Source of the DNA: Candidatus Saccharimonadia bacterium
GTDB lineage: Bacteria > Patescibacteriota > Saccharimonadia > UBA4664
Direction: 5' to 3'
Assembly (NCBI GenBank): GCA_035544015.1
Contig: DATKIP010000076.1
Span: 256,299-320,298, forward strand
DNA length: 64,000 nt
The position numbers and the translations under genes were made by a program. Below, in pieces: positions 19,633-29,074 of this stretch. Numbering within the stretch: position 1 is the first letter of the stretch; each line of letters starts with the position of its first letter. A model generated the notes under the pieces. That model was given only the letters and a program-made list of their open reading frames with translations, made no database searches and was not told the origin of the DNA.

Positions 19633-20154
19633 CTAAACGAGGGTGGCGGCTAGCATAGCGCAGCCCACCGCCAGCTTCAAGAAGCCGTCGACGATCCAAA
19701 AAGCGTGAAAATCAACCCGTTTAAGCCTCAGCCCAATCAGCGCATTGGCGATACAGATCAATCCTAGTGCGCCCGCAAACGGCCCGTGCGAAAAGGTAAA
19801 AACCAGAAAATGCGCTCCCACCACCACGAGCATCCATAGCCAAAACTCCCGGGAGTCGTGATCCTTGATCGTAAACACCACGTAATTTACCAGGCAAAAC
19901 TCCACCGCAAACCCTATGCCCATGATGATCCAATGCAGTGGTGACGGTGAGCCCAAGCCGGCAAATATCACCTTGGTGATCGAGAGCCCGGCCATCGCCA
20001 GCACCGCCGCCACGGCCCCGCCGATGAGCCAGCCGAGCATCCAGCGCCGCCGGCCAAAGCCGCCGATAATAATCCCCAAGCCTACCAAAATAAACAATAT
20101 CGCCCCGCCCCGCATCAGCGGATAGGTCCGTGCCAAGTCGTGTAAAAATTCCAT
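19633..20154 (-). CDS. Integral membrane protein (hypothetical), co-oriented downstream of the globin gene
   Basis: ORF 19633..20190 trimmed to the internal ATG (MEFLHDLARTYP...). About 5 TM helices. Confidence 0.45.
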   Translation of the reverse strand: MEFLHDLARTYPLMRGGAILFILVGLGIIIGGFGRRRWMLGWLIGGAVAAVLAMAGLSITKVIFAGLGSPSPLHWIIMGIGFAVEFCLVNYVVFTIKDHDSREFWLWMLVVVGAHFLVFTFSHGPFAGALGLICIANALIGLRLKRVDFHAFWIVDGFLKLAVGCAMLAATLV

Positions 20155-20208
20155 AGTCAAAATCTTCTCATGCCGCGCGCCGAAGCACAAATCCGCCCAA
20201 CACTAGCC

Positions 20209-20688
20209 CTACTCGGGTGGTATATATGGCGTTCGTTCCCCCCAGCCCCAGCTCGGCACCGGCGACTCGTCCGGCACCGGAGCCCCGTTCGCAAACACCT
20301 GGTTCATACGAGTGCCCCACTCAAAATAAGCCACGAAGGCCGAACGAAACTCCGCATCGTTGGGCAACTTCTCGATGTCCGCGGCGCGCTGCATGAGCTG
20401 AATCCACCGCACTCGTGCCGCTTCTGGAATCGTGAGTTCCAGGTGCCGCCGAATCATGTGCGGATGGCCCTTCAAGGCCCCGTAGACCTCAGAATATACC
20501 TTAGGACCGCCAAAAACCTCGATAAGCCACAATGCCACATAATGCTTATGCTTCGCCGACATATGCTCAAAAAACGGCCGCAATAGTTCGTCTTGGAGCG
20601 TCAAATCGTAAAACGTCGTCACGAGCCGCTCAAAGGCTTCGGACCCCCCAGCCCATTCGTACAGTGTTGGAATGTGTCGGTCTGCCAT
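20209..20688 (-). CDS. Truncated haemoglobin (2/2 Hb), group II (trHbO-like)
   Basis: 159 aa: MADRHIPTLYEWAGGSEAFERLVTTFYD...RPFF...HKHYVALWL... Typical trHb N-terminus and length. Confidence 0.7.
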   Translation of the reverse strand: MADRHIPTLYEWAGGSEAFERLVTTFYDLTLQDELLRPFFEHMSAKHKHYVALWLIEVFGGPKVYSEVYGALKGHPHMIRRHLELTIPEAARVRWIQLMQRAADIEKLPNDAEFRSAFVAYFEWGTRMNQVFANGAPVPDESPVPSWGWGERTPYIPPE

Positions 20689-20831
20689 GGTGTCACCATT
20701 TGGTTACCCGCCGATTATAGGTAGCCGCCGATGGGCTGACAAGGTGCGCGCCCCAAAAGACTATCCAGCGGCCGCCGATTTCGACAATTGCCGCCGATGA
20801 GTCCATCCACTATGATGACGTCGGAGGAGCC

Positions 20832-21263
20832 ATGCTCGACTGGAAAATACTCGCTGTCACGACGCCGCTCTTATTCGTCAGCTATCAGGCTTTGTCAAAA
20901 TTGCTGCCCAAGGACATCTCAGCCTTTTTGATCAACGCCTATGCCTCCCTCGTAGGCCTCGTCGTCATGCTGCTGCTCTTTTTTCTGACGTCGCCGAACA
21001 AATCTCTGCAACTTCCGCCCAAATATCTCTCGATCGCCGTCGGCATCGGGCTGTTCATTAGCTTTGGAAACTTCGGCATCATCAAGGCCTACAGTCTCGG
21101 CGCACCCCAGTCTGCCTTCACGCCGTTGTTCTATATCGCCCTCATCATTTATGGAACGCTTTTTGGCTGGCTCATTTGGCACGAGAAGCTCACCTTGCTG
21201 CAGATCGCCGGTATACTGCTCGCCTGCATTGGTATTTACATGGCCGCCCATTTTAAGAAGTAA
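20832..21263 (+). CDS. EamA/DMT-superfamily small membrane transporter (4 TM)
   Basis: 143 aa hydrophobic ORF with the EamA-like half-transporter pattern. Confidence 0.45.
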   Translation: MLDWKILAVTTPLLFVSYQALSKLLPKDISAFLINAYASLVGLVVMLLLFFLTSPNKSLQLPPKYLSIAVGIGLFISFGNFGIIKAYSLGAPQSAFTPLFYIALIIYGTLFGWLIWHEKLTLLQIAGILLACIGIYMAAHFKK

Positions 21264-21331
21264 AATTGAGTTACTTTACAAAGTAAAGTAATCCTCGTAC
21301 ATTTGAAATACTAAAAACGAGAGCGGAGGGC

Positions 21332-21898
21332 ATGATGCTCAAGATTCAGATTATCCTCGGGAGCACACGCCCCGGCCGGACCGGTGAGGCGGTGGCCCGA
21401 TGGGCCTACGAAATGGGTCAAAAACGGACCGATTTTGAAGTCGAACTGGTCGACGTCCAGGACTATGATCTACCCTTACTCGACGAACCGGTGCCGCCCT
21501 CGGTCGCCGATCAGTACACCAAAGAGCACACCAAACGCTGGTCTCAAAAAATCGCCGAAGCCGACGGCTACGTCATCGTCACCGGCGAGTACAATCACGG
21601 CATTCCTGGCGCGCTCAAAAACGCTATTGATTTCCTCTCGCGCGAGTGGCGTGACAAATCGGTTGGGTTCGTGAGCTATGGCTCATCATCGGGCGGCGCC
21701 CGGGCCGTGGAGCATCTGCGCGGCGTCGTCAGCGAGCTTCAGTTGGCCGATGTCCGCGAGCAACTGATGCTCTTTTTGCGATCTGATTTTGAAAATATGA
21801 AAGACTTTCAACCCACCTCGCATCACGAGGCCCAACTCAACAAAATCTTCGACCAAGTCGTTCGCTGGGCCGGCGCCCTGAAGACCCTGCGCAACTAA
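21332..21898 (+). CDS. NADPH-dependent FMN reductase family flavoprotein
   Basis: 188 aa. N-terminal IILGSTRPGRTGE motif and flavodoxin-like fold blocks. Confidence 0.7.
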   Translation: MMLKIQIILGSTRPGRTGEAVARWAYEMGQKRTDFEVELVDVQDYDLPLLDEPVPPSVADQYTKEHTKRWSQKIAEADGYVIVTGEYNHGIPGALKNAIDFLSREWRDKSVGFVSYGSSSGGARAVEHLRGVVSELQLADVREQLMLFLRSDFENMKDFQPTSHHEAQLNKIFDQVVRWAGALKTLRN

Positions 21899-21954
21899 AA
21901 AACTCTCCTCGGGCCGATGCGGTACAATAAGCACAAACGAGGACGCCACGCTGT

Positions 21955-23421
21955 ATGCCGAACAATACCGAACCCAAGGCCGATATCGCCGTCATGGGCC
22001 TAGCCGTCATGGGCCAAAACCTTATTCTCAACATGAACGACCACGGCTTTACCGTCGTGGCGTTCAACCGCACGCTGAGCAAAATCGACGATTTTTTGGC
22101 CGGTCCCGCTAAAGGCACGCGGGTAGTGGGCGCGCACTCGGTGGCCGAAATGGTCTCACTCCTCAAGCGGCCACGTCGCGTGATGCTCATGGTGAAGGCC
22201 GGCGCGCCCGTGGACGAGGCCATCGAGCAATTGCTACCACACCTCGAAGCTGGCGACATCATCATCGATGGCGGCAACTCGCTCTTTACCGACACCGCCC
22301 GCCGCGTGGAGTACGCTCAGTCCAAGGGGCTGCTGTATGTGGGGGCCGGGGTTTCGGGCGGCGAGGAGGGCGCGCGGCGCGGGCCGTCCATTATGCCCGG
22401 CGGCACCCCGGCCGCGTGGCCCGAGGTTAAGGAGATCTTTCAGGCTATCGCGGCCAAGGTCGAAGACGGCACCCCTTGCTGCGACTGGGTGGGGGAGGGC
22501 GGCGCCGGCCACTACGTGAAGATGGTGCACAACGGCATCGAGTACGGCGACATGCAGCTCATCGCCGAAGCCTATCAGCTGTTGCGCGACCGGCTCGGCC
22601 TGAGCGCCGATGCCATGGCCAAAATCTTTGCCGCGTGGAACAAAACCGAGCTCGATAGCTACCTCATCCAGATCACCGCCGAAATCCTCGCTTTCAAAGA
22701 CTCCGACGGCTCGCCGCTGGTCGACCACATCCTCGACGCCGCCGGCCAAAAGGGCACCGGCAAGTGGACGGTGATTGATTCGGCGCAGCTAGGTACTCCG
22801 GTGACACTCATCGCCGAGGCCGTGTTCGCGCGCTGCCTCTCGGCTCTCAAGGACGAGCGCGTCGCGGCGGCCGGCCGGCTCAAAGGCCCCGCCGTGCCCC
22901 CGCCGGCCGACCAGGCGGCCTACCTCGAGCAGGCTCGCCAGGCGCTCTACGCCGCCAAAATCGTCAGTTACACCCAGGGCTACATGCTGATGCGCGCGGC
23001 CGCCGCTGAGTACGGCTGGAATCTAAACTACGGTGGCATCGCCCTCATGTGGCGCGGCGGCTGCATCATCCGCAGCCGTTTCCTGGGCGACATCAAGGCC
23101 GCCTACGACGCCGACCCCCAGCTCACCAACCTGCTGCTAACGCCGTTCTTTGCCGCCGCCATCGAGGCGGCCGGGCCGGCGTGGCGCGCCACGGTCGCCG
23201 ACGCCGTGACCGCCGGCGTGCCCGTACCCGCCATGAGCACCGCGCTCGCTTTTTACGACGGCTACCGCACAGCTAATCTGCCCGCCAACCTGATCCAAGC
23301 TCAGCGCGACTACTTTGGCGCACACACCTTTGAGCGCACCGACCGGCCACGGGGCGAGTTCTCGCACGCCGACTGGACCGGTCACGGCGGCGATACGAGC
23401 TCAAGCGCCTACCAGGTGTAG
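21955..23421 (+). CDS. gnd: 6-phosphogluconate dehydrogenase (decarboxylating)
   Basis: 488 aa. ADIAVMGLAVMGQNLILN NAD(P)-binding motif and conserved blocks throughout. Full-length match to Gnd. Confidence 0.9.
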   Translation: MPNNTEPKADIAVMGLAVMGQNLILNMNDHGFTVVAFNRTLSKIDDFLAGPAKGTRVVGAHSVAEMVSLLKRPRRVMLMVKAGAPVDEAIEQLLPHLEAGDIIIDGGNSLFTDTARRVEYAQSKGLLYVGAGVSGGEEGARRGPSIMPGGTPAAWPEVKEIFQAIAAKVEDGTPCCDWVGEGGAGHYVKMVHNGIEYGDMQLIAEAYQLLRDRLGLSADAMAKIFAAWNKTELDSYLIQITAEILAFKDSDGSPLVDHILDAAGQKGTGKWTVIDSAQLGTPVTLIAEAVFARCLSALKDERVAAAGRLKGPAVPPPADQAAYLEQARQALYAAKIVSYTQGYMLMRAAAAEYGWNLNYGGIALMWRGGCIIRSRFLGDIKAAYDADPQLTNLLLTPFFAAAIEAAGPAWRATVADAVTAGVPVPAMSTALAFYDGYRTANLPANLIQAQRDYFGAHTFERTDRPRGEFSHADWTGHGGDTSSSAYQV

Positions 23422-23434
23422 CCGCTCTCGGGCC

Positions 23435-23752
23435 TCACACCTTATCGTCAATTTCGTCAGCGTAATCTTCGGCTGCGTGCCGCCATTCGCCAAACACCGG
23501 CAGTCGCACGGTCGGGACTTCGCCGGCCACGTCTACCAAGCTAATGTCGCGCGCACCATTGCCCTCGAGTATGCGCCGCACTATCGCAACGACCTCGTCG
23601 CGCACCCGCAGCCCCACGGCAATACCATCCACGCGCCGCGTTTGTTCCGGACTGTAGCCATAATCACGCAACTGGGCCAGTGCTCGGTCCGCCTGTCCCA
23701 CATCGCCAAATATTCCCAACATCATTGCTGCCATCCAACCCTCCTGACCCAT
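23435..23752 (-). CDS. Hypothetical protein
   Basis: 105 aa ORF downstream of a long hairpin. No recognised domain. Confidence 0.3.
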   Translation of the reverse strand: MGQEGWMAAMMLGIFGDVGQADRALAQLRDYGYSPEQTRRVDGIAVGLRVRDEVVAIVRRILEGNGARDISLVDVAGEVPTVRLPVFGEWRHAAEDYADEIDDKV

Positions 23753-23855
23753 TACGAAGTAGCGCCATCGTAATCGTCCCGCCGCCCGGTTGTTATGTGC
23801 ATTCCCCCAGCATAAGCGTTTTCAACCCACAAAACCCCCGCCTTCAAGCAGCGCG

Positions 23856-23954
23856 CCGCAGGCAATGGTCTGTCCGCAGCCTCAGCGCCGGACAAGAAAG
23901 AGGATAGAATTTAAACGAAGGAAAGCGTTCGCTGAGCCAGGACAGACCATTGCC
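23856..23954. other. Long extended hairpin (15-bp perfect outer stem, nested inner stem, ~40-nt AT-rich loop)
   Basis: GGCAATGGTCTGTCC ... GGACAGACCATTGCC with nested CCTCAGCG/CGCTGAG, between two minus-strand genes. Approximate coordinates. Confidence 0.45.
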
Positions 23955-23968
23955 GGAGGAGCCAAAGA

Positions 23969-24283
23969 TTAGGCGTCAAAATCCTCAACGTCAGTAACTT
24001 CTTCCTTAGCCACCAAAATCGTTACACCCGCGGCCCCATTGGGCGCGCGGGTGTAGACGATGTAGAGGGACGATTCATAAATCGCCACAATCTCGTACCG
24101 GTGATTTTGATTTTCGAGCTGCCCCACCGTAGCGGTGCAAACTTTTTTGTCGTGCACATACCGCAGGCTCGCAATGCGACGGTCGGTGATGGGCCAGCGC
24201 AACTGCTCCTTGAGCAAGTCGCGGGTCTGCCCATACACCGTCTCGGCCTCATGAGGCCTGGCCTGCGGTACGAAAAATTTCAC
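23969..24283 (-). CDS. Hypothetical protein
   Basis: 104 aa ORF 7 nt downstream of the RRM gene, same strand. Confidence 0.35.
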   Translation of the reverse strand: MKFFVPQARPHEAETVYGQTRDLLKEQLRWPITDRRIASLRYVHDKKVCTATVGQLENQNHRYEIVAIYESSLYIVYTRAPNGAAGVTILVAKEEVTDVEDFDA

Positions 24284-24289
24284 GACTGC

Positions 24290-24586
24290 TTAGTAGCGGC
24301 TGCCGCGCGAAGAGCTGGGGTTGCTGCTGCGCTCGGTCATTGGCTTGGCGACGTTCACGACGATCGCGCGGCCACCAAGTTCTTTACCGGCCAGCTGAGC
24401 GATCGCGTTCTGAGCCTCTTCGTCGGTGCTCATTTCTACGAAGCCGAAGCCCTTTGAGCGGTTCATGTCGCGGTCAATGATGACCTTGGCCGACACTACC
24501 GTACCGGCAGTGGCAAAAAGCTCAGCGAGCTCTTCGTCAGTTACGCTGTATCCAAGCGATCCTACAAACAATTTATTAGCAGACAT
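24290..24586 (-). CDS. RNA-binding protein with a single RRM domain (glycine-rich RBP type)
   Basis: ORF trimmed to MSANKLFVGSLGYSV (RNP2), KGFGFVEM (RNP1). AAGGAGA SD upstream of the ATG at 24586. Confidence 0.75.
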   Translation of the reverse strand: MSANKLFVGSLGYSVTDEELAELFATAGTVVSAKVIIDRDMNRSKGFGFVEMSTDEEAQNAIAQLAGKELGGRAIVVNVAKPMTERSSNPSSSRGSRY

Positions 24587-24842
24587 ATCATCTCCTTGAT
24601 GAGCCCCATAATAGTGATGGTTCTGGAATGAGATGATGCAGACCGCGTGGGGAACACAGCGAAACAAAATCGACAAGCGAGGTGCTTGTTTCTAGATCAA
24701 TGCAATTATACTACATTCCCGGCCATATGTGAACCTGCCGACCGAAGAGAAGCGAACACCGTCCAGGTTGCTCTCAGGAAAGCCTCACATAATCAGTTTA
24801 TATTATATAGTGAATAAGCATGTGACCCTGAGGGATGTAGCC

Positions 24843-25331
24843 GTGGATACCCCGAAACCGAGGAACAACCAGAAGCTAGCCGCCGTCTTTGGCCTGGTGG
24901 TAATAGTAGCTGCGATAGGAGCGGGGGTGGCCTTTTTGGCACCAAAATCAGACGGCCAAGTCATCGGCGGCGCCACCTCGCCCACGCCCACCGCTACGGC
25001 TGACGCCACCCCGACCGCAGCCACCACCAGCGCCGCCTACAAAGACGGCACCTACACAGCCAACGGCAGCTACGACTCGCCCGGCGGCCTCGAAACCGTT
25101 CACCTTAGCGTCACCCTCGTCAGCGGCTTGGTGAGCGATTCGAACGCCACCACCACCGGCAACAATCCCACCGGCCGGCTGTATCAGGGCAAATTCCTCG
25201 GCGGCTACAAGGGCCTCGTGGTGGGTCGCAATGTCGACTCCATCAAACTCTCGCGTGTCTCGGGTTCGTCACTAACGTCCGGTGGCTTTAATGATGCCCT
25301 CGCCAAGATCAAGACCCAAGCCAAGGCCTAA
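24843..25331 (+). CDS. Membrane-anchored FMN-binding domain protein (FMN_bind, likely ApbE substrate)
   Basis: Start chosen at the GTG preceded by an AGGGA SD (alternative GTG at 24822). N-terminal TM helix, C-terminal FMN_bind-like domain with candidate flavinylation motif SRVSGSSLTSGGF. Immediately upstream of apbE. Confidence 0.5.
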   Translation: MDTPKPRNNQKLAAVFGLVVIVAAIGAGVAFLAPKSDGQVIGGATSPTPTATADATPTAATTSAAYKDGTYTANGSYDSPGGLETVHLSVTLVSGLVSDSNATTTGNNPTGRLYQGKFLGGYKGLVVGRNVDSIKLSRVSGSSLTSGGFNDALAKIKTQAKA

Positions 25332-26241
25332 CGTCGCGGGCCCAGCCACCCGCCAATGGCAATTTGACGCCATCGGCACGCGCTGGTCCGTTGAGGCCCT
25401 GCAGGTGGTGCCGCCGGCCGTTTGGGCTCGGGCCCGTCGCGCCGTCGCTGGGCGCATTGAGCAGTTCGATCGCGATTACTCGCGGTTTCGGGCCGATTCG
25501 CTCGTATCGGCAATGGCCCGCACCGCCGGCCGCTACCAGCTGCCGCCCGACGCGCAGCCGCTATTTGATCTGTACCGCGAGCTCTACGACCTCACCGCCG
25601 GCGCCGTCACGCCGCTCGTGGGCGGGCTGCTGGCCGCCGCCGGGTACGACGCCGCCTACAGCCTGCGCCCCGGCACCCTCACACCCCCGCCGGCCTGGCC
25701 CGGCACGTTGCGCTACGAATTTCCGCACCTCACCCTGGCCCGCCCCGTCTCCCTCGACCTGGGCGCCGCCGGCAAAGGCTACCTGGTAGATCTGGTGGCC
25801 GGCGTGCTGCGGACCCACGGCATCACGGCCTATTGCGTCGACGCCGGCGGCGACATGGCCCACCAGGGCGCGCTCGAGGCGGATCCCCTGGCCGTCGGGC
25901 TCGAGCACCCCGCCGACGCCGGTCAAGTCATCGGCGTGGCGCAGCTGCGCAACCAAAGCCTCTGCGGCTCGGCTGGCAACCGGCGAGCGTGGGCGGGCCT
26001 CAATCACATCATCGATCCGCATACACGGACATCACCCACCCACCTTCGCGCGGTCTGGGCGGTAGCCGACACCACCCTGCTCGCTGATGCCCTCACCACG
26101 GCGCTTTATTTTGTGCCCCCGCCGATACTGGCGGCTCATTATGTCTTTGAATACGCTCTCGTCTACGAAGATTTCTCGCTCGAGCACTCCGCCGATTTCC
26201 CCGCCGCCTTTTTTACCACCCCTGCAATCAGTGCTCTATAA
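25282..26241 (+). CDS. apbE: FAD:protein FMN transferase (ApbE family)
   Basis: FDAIGTRWSV N-terminal motif, GAAGKGYLVD and VDAGGDM conserved blocks. Start uncertain; overlaps the upstream gene. Confidence 0.75.
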   Translation: MALMMPSPRSRPKPRPNVAGPATRQWQFDAIGTRWSVEALQVVPPAVWARARRAVAGRIEQFDRDYSRFRADSLVSAMARTAGRYQLPPDAQPLFDLYRELYDLTAGAVTPLVGGLLAAAGYDAAYSLRPGTLTPPPAWPGTLRYEFPHLTLARPVSLDLGAAGKGYLVDLVAGVLRTHGITAYCVDAGGDMAHQGALEADPLAVGLEHPADAGQVIGVAQLRNQSLCGSAGNRRAWAGLNHIIDPHTRTSPTHLRAVWAVADTTLLADALTTALYFVPPPILAAHYVFEYALVYEDFSLEHSADFPAAFFTTPAISAL

Positions 26242-26248
26242 TGAACCA

Positions 26249-26902
26249 ATGCATATTCGCGCCGCCATCATAGACTTCGACAAAACGCTTACCACTGCCG
26301 ATATGTCCGATCTGTTGGCCGAAACCGTCGGCAAAAAGGCCGAAAGCCAACAGCTCAACCAACTGTTCCAAAACGGAAAACTTCGGGGTCTCAACGGGCT
26401 GGTTCAGCGCGTCAATTTTCTGACCGGGTTGTCGATAGACCAGCTCGAAGCCTTTGCCGAGCAGCATGATTGTTTGCGCCCCGGCGCCGTGGCGCTGTTT
26501 GAATATTTTCGTCGTCATCATATCGTCACCATCATTGCTTCGGGCAGCACCGTGCCGTTCCTCGAAATCTACCAACGCCGACTCGGCGCCGATTACGTGG
26601 TGGGCAGCCGCCCGGCCATGAACGGCGCCATCATGGGATCGGTCACCGAAGCCGATTACTCCGGTCCCGACTTCAAGGTTCGAGACTGCCGAGTGATCCT
26701 GGAGCGCCTGCATATCCCGGCCGAGAATGTGGTCGCCATCGGCGACTCCATGGCCGATCAGGGAATTTTCGAATTCGCGGCCTGCAGCATCGCCATCGAT
26801 CCCCACCCCGGCATCGTGGCCTACGCCGATCATGTCATCGCCCACGATCTGACCCGCGCCCTACCGATTCTCGACCGCCTCAGCGGACGGGCCGCCGCAT
26901 GA
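26249..26902 (+). CDS. HAD-superfamily hydrolase (phosphoserine-phosphatase-like subfamily)
   Basis: ORF trimmed to MHIRAAIIDFDKTLT (motif I DxDxT). Motif IV GDSMADQG present. Confidence 0.6.
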   Translation: MHIRAAIIDFDKTLTTADMSDLLAETVGKKAESQQLNQLFQNGKLRGLNGLVQRVNFLTGLSIDQLEAFAEQHDCLRPGAVALFEYFRRHHIVTIIASGSTVPFLEIYQRRLGADYVVGSRPAMNGAIMGSVTEADYSGPDFKVRDCRVILERLHIPAENVVAIGDSMADQGIFEFAACSIAIDPHPGIVAYADHVIAHDLTRALPILDRLSGRAAA

Positions 26903-27474
26903 TCAGTCTGCGGACTGCCGCCGTTTGGGCCACCGGAGCTGCCATGACGCTGGCCTCGGCCTGGCCGCTGGCAGCGAGCGCTCATGTCGTGAAGTCCGAC
27001 GGCCAAATCACCGCGCTGCTCCACGTTAATCCCTACGATGAGCCGTTTACCGGCCGGCCGGCCAACCTCGTGTTTTCGGTGACCGACGCTAGCAGTCGGT
27101 TTGCCGCCGCCGATTGCGACTGCCACCTCACCGTCGAGCGCGACGGCCACCGCCTCACCGATCAAACCCTCGCCGCCAAAACTTCCGAATACGGCCCGCG
27201 AGCATTCGTAGTGCCGTACACGTTCGGCGCCTCCGCCGTCTATACCATCCGCCTCGCCGGCCGGCCACGGGCGGCCCCGTTTCAGGCCTTTGCGCTTAGC
27301 TACATTGTCCGCGTCGGCCCCCCGCCAACCTCGGGCGCCGCTGGCCTCAATCCCTACGTCGCCGGCTTCGTCGTGCTCATGGTGATCGCGGCGGCCGGTC
27401 TGGCCGTTGCGGGGGTGCAGCTGAGTCGCCAGCCGCGATCCGCTAAACAACCAAAGGAGATACACCGTGCGTAA
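26899..27474 (+). CDS. Secreted, C-terminally membrane-anchored protein with a mature N-terminal His (candidate CopC-like copper-binding fold)
   Basis: Signal peptide ...ASA|HVVKSDG... Internal CDCH. C-terminal TM helix. ATGA-type overlap with the next gene. Confidence 0.35.
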   Translation: MISLRTAAVWATGAAMTLASAWPLAASAHVVKSDGQITALLHVNPYDEPFTGRPANLVFSVTDASSRFAAADCDCHLTVERDGHRLTDQTLAAKTSEYGPRAFVVPYTFGASAVYTIRLAGRPRAAPFQAFALSYIVRVGPPPTSGAAGLNPYVAGFVVLMVIAAAGLAVAGVQLSRQPRSAKQPKEIHRA

Positions 27475-28060
27475 ACCGTTACTGCCCATCATTATCACCA
27501 TTTTTGCCAGTCTCGTACCCCTGAGCGCATCGGCCCACGTGGTCGTTGGGCCTGCCCAAGTCGGCGTGGGCGCGCTCCAAGCCTTTAGCGTGGGCGTGCC
27601 CAACGAGCGCGACTCGGCCACCGTCGCGTTGCGCCTGGTAATACCCGGCGGCCTCGCCTCTGTCAGGCCCAACGTCAAGCCCGGCTGGACCATCGCCATG
27701 GCCAAAACCGGTTCCGGCGACGATGCCCGCGTCACTGAGATCACCTGGACCGGCGGCCAGATCCCGCCCGACCAGCGCGACGAGTTTGCTTTGAGCGCTC
27801 AAGCTCCAGCCCAGCCCACGTCGCTCACCTGGAAGGCCTACCAAACCTACGCCGACGGCACCGTCGTATCATGGGACCAGGCCCCCGATGGCAAAGGCGA
27901 TGAGCATATCAAGCCATACTCGGTCACCAAGGTGATCGACGACCTCGCTACCGGTCCCACCACCCCCGCCACGTCCGCCGCCATGGCGCAAACCGCCCTC
28001 GTGATCGCCAGCCTAGCGCTGCTCGTAGCCGCCGCCGGATTTGTACGCCGCCGCCGTTAG
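27467..28060 (+). CDS. YcnI-like (DUF1775) extracytoplasmic copper-binding protein, C-terminally anchored
   Basis: Signal peptide ...SASA|HVVVGPAQV... with the mature N-terminal His typical of YcnI. Conserved VPNER, PGW, ITWTGG, WDQ blocks. C-terminal TM followed by an RRRR anchor. Confidence 0.55.
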   Translation: MRKPLLPIIITIFASLVPLSASAHVVVGPAQVGVGALQAFSVGVPNERDSATVALRLVIPGGLASVRPNVKPGWTIAMAKTGSGDDARVTEITWTGGQIPPDQRDEFALSAQAPAQPTSLTWKAYQTYADGTVVSWDQAPDGKGDEHIKPYSVTKVIDDLATGPTTPATSAAMAQTALVIASLALLVAAAGFVRRRR

Positions 28061-28132
28061 GCCTCTGTAATTCTCCTCAAAAATCACTATACTAATTAAA
28101 GTAATATCCCGAATAACCAGCGAGGAGGCACC

Positions 28133-29074
28133 ATGAAAGCAGCTCAGGCCGTTAAATATGGCGGTCAGGAAGCCGTAAAAACCGACCCAAACGCCCCGCG
28201 GCCAACCATTACGGCCGATCAAGTGTTGGTGGAGGTGTACGCCGCCGGCGTCAACCCATTTGACTTCAAAGTTCGCGAAGGCCAGGTACGCCAGATGGCC
28301 GAGCTCACCTTCCCCGCTACCCTGGGCGGTGATCTGGCCGGCGTGGTGGCTGAAGTAGGGGAGAACGTTCAGGGCCTCACACCCGGCACCGCTGTCTACG
28401 GACAGGCCGGCGCCCTCAGCGGCCACGGCTCGTTTGCCGAATACGCACCCGTAGCGTCAGGCTCGCTCGCCCCCAAACCCGCCAATCTCGACTTCATCCA
28501 GGCCGCCGCCCTCCCGCTCGCGGCCGTCAGCGCGTATCAAGCGCTCGTTGAGGTAGCCGGGCTCGCCGGGGGCCAAACCGTTCTGATCCACGGCGGCGCC
28601 GGCGGTATCGGCAGCCTGGCCATCCAGATCGCCGCCCACCTCGGTGCCCGTGTCACCGCCACCGCCGCCGGTGCGCACAAGGATTACGTGCTGAGCCTCG
28701 GCGCCAACACCGCGCTCGACTACCAAGCCGAGCCCCTTACCGCCCAGTCCGGCCGCTACGACGTCGTGTTCGACACCGTCGGCGACGACGTTTACGAGCA
28801 ATCCTTTGCCGTCATCAAACCCGGCGGCATCGTCGTCACCATGAGTGCCCGCCCCAACGAGGCGCTGGCCGCCGAGCACCACGCCCGCACCGCCGGCATG
28901 CACACCCAAGTGACCGCCGAGCGCCTAGCCGCCGTCACCAAGCTGGTAGAGGCCGGCGTCCTCGCTCCCCATGTCGACAAGGTCTTTCCGCTCGACGAGG
29001 CCGCCGCCGCCCTCGACTACCTCCAGCACGGCCGACCCAAGGGCAAGGTCGTGATCGCGGTCAAGCCTTCTTAG
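28133..29074 (+). CDS. Zinc-type alcohol dehydrogenase-like NADPH:quinone oxidoreductase (MDR superfamily)
   Basis: 313 aa with AGGAGG SD. GroES-like N-terminal domain and Rossmann GGAGGIGSLAIQIA. Confidence 0.75.
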   Translation: MKAAQAVKYGGQEAVKTDPNAPRPTITADQVLVEVYAAGVNPFDFKVREGQVRQMAELTFPATLGGDLAGVVAEVGENVQGLTPGTAVYGQAGALSGHGSFAEYAPVASGSLAPKPANLDFIQAAALPLAAVSAYQALVEVAGLAGGQTVLIHGGAGGIGSLAIQIAAHLGARVTATAAGAHKDYVLSLGANTALDYQAEPLTAQSGRYDVVFDTVGDDVYEQSFAVIKPGGIVVTMSARPNEALAAEHHARTAGMHTQVTAERLAAVTKLVEAGVLAPHVDKVFPLDEAAAALDYLQHGRPKGKVVIAVKPS

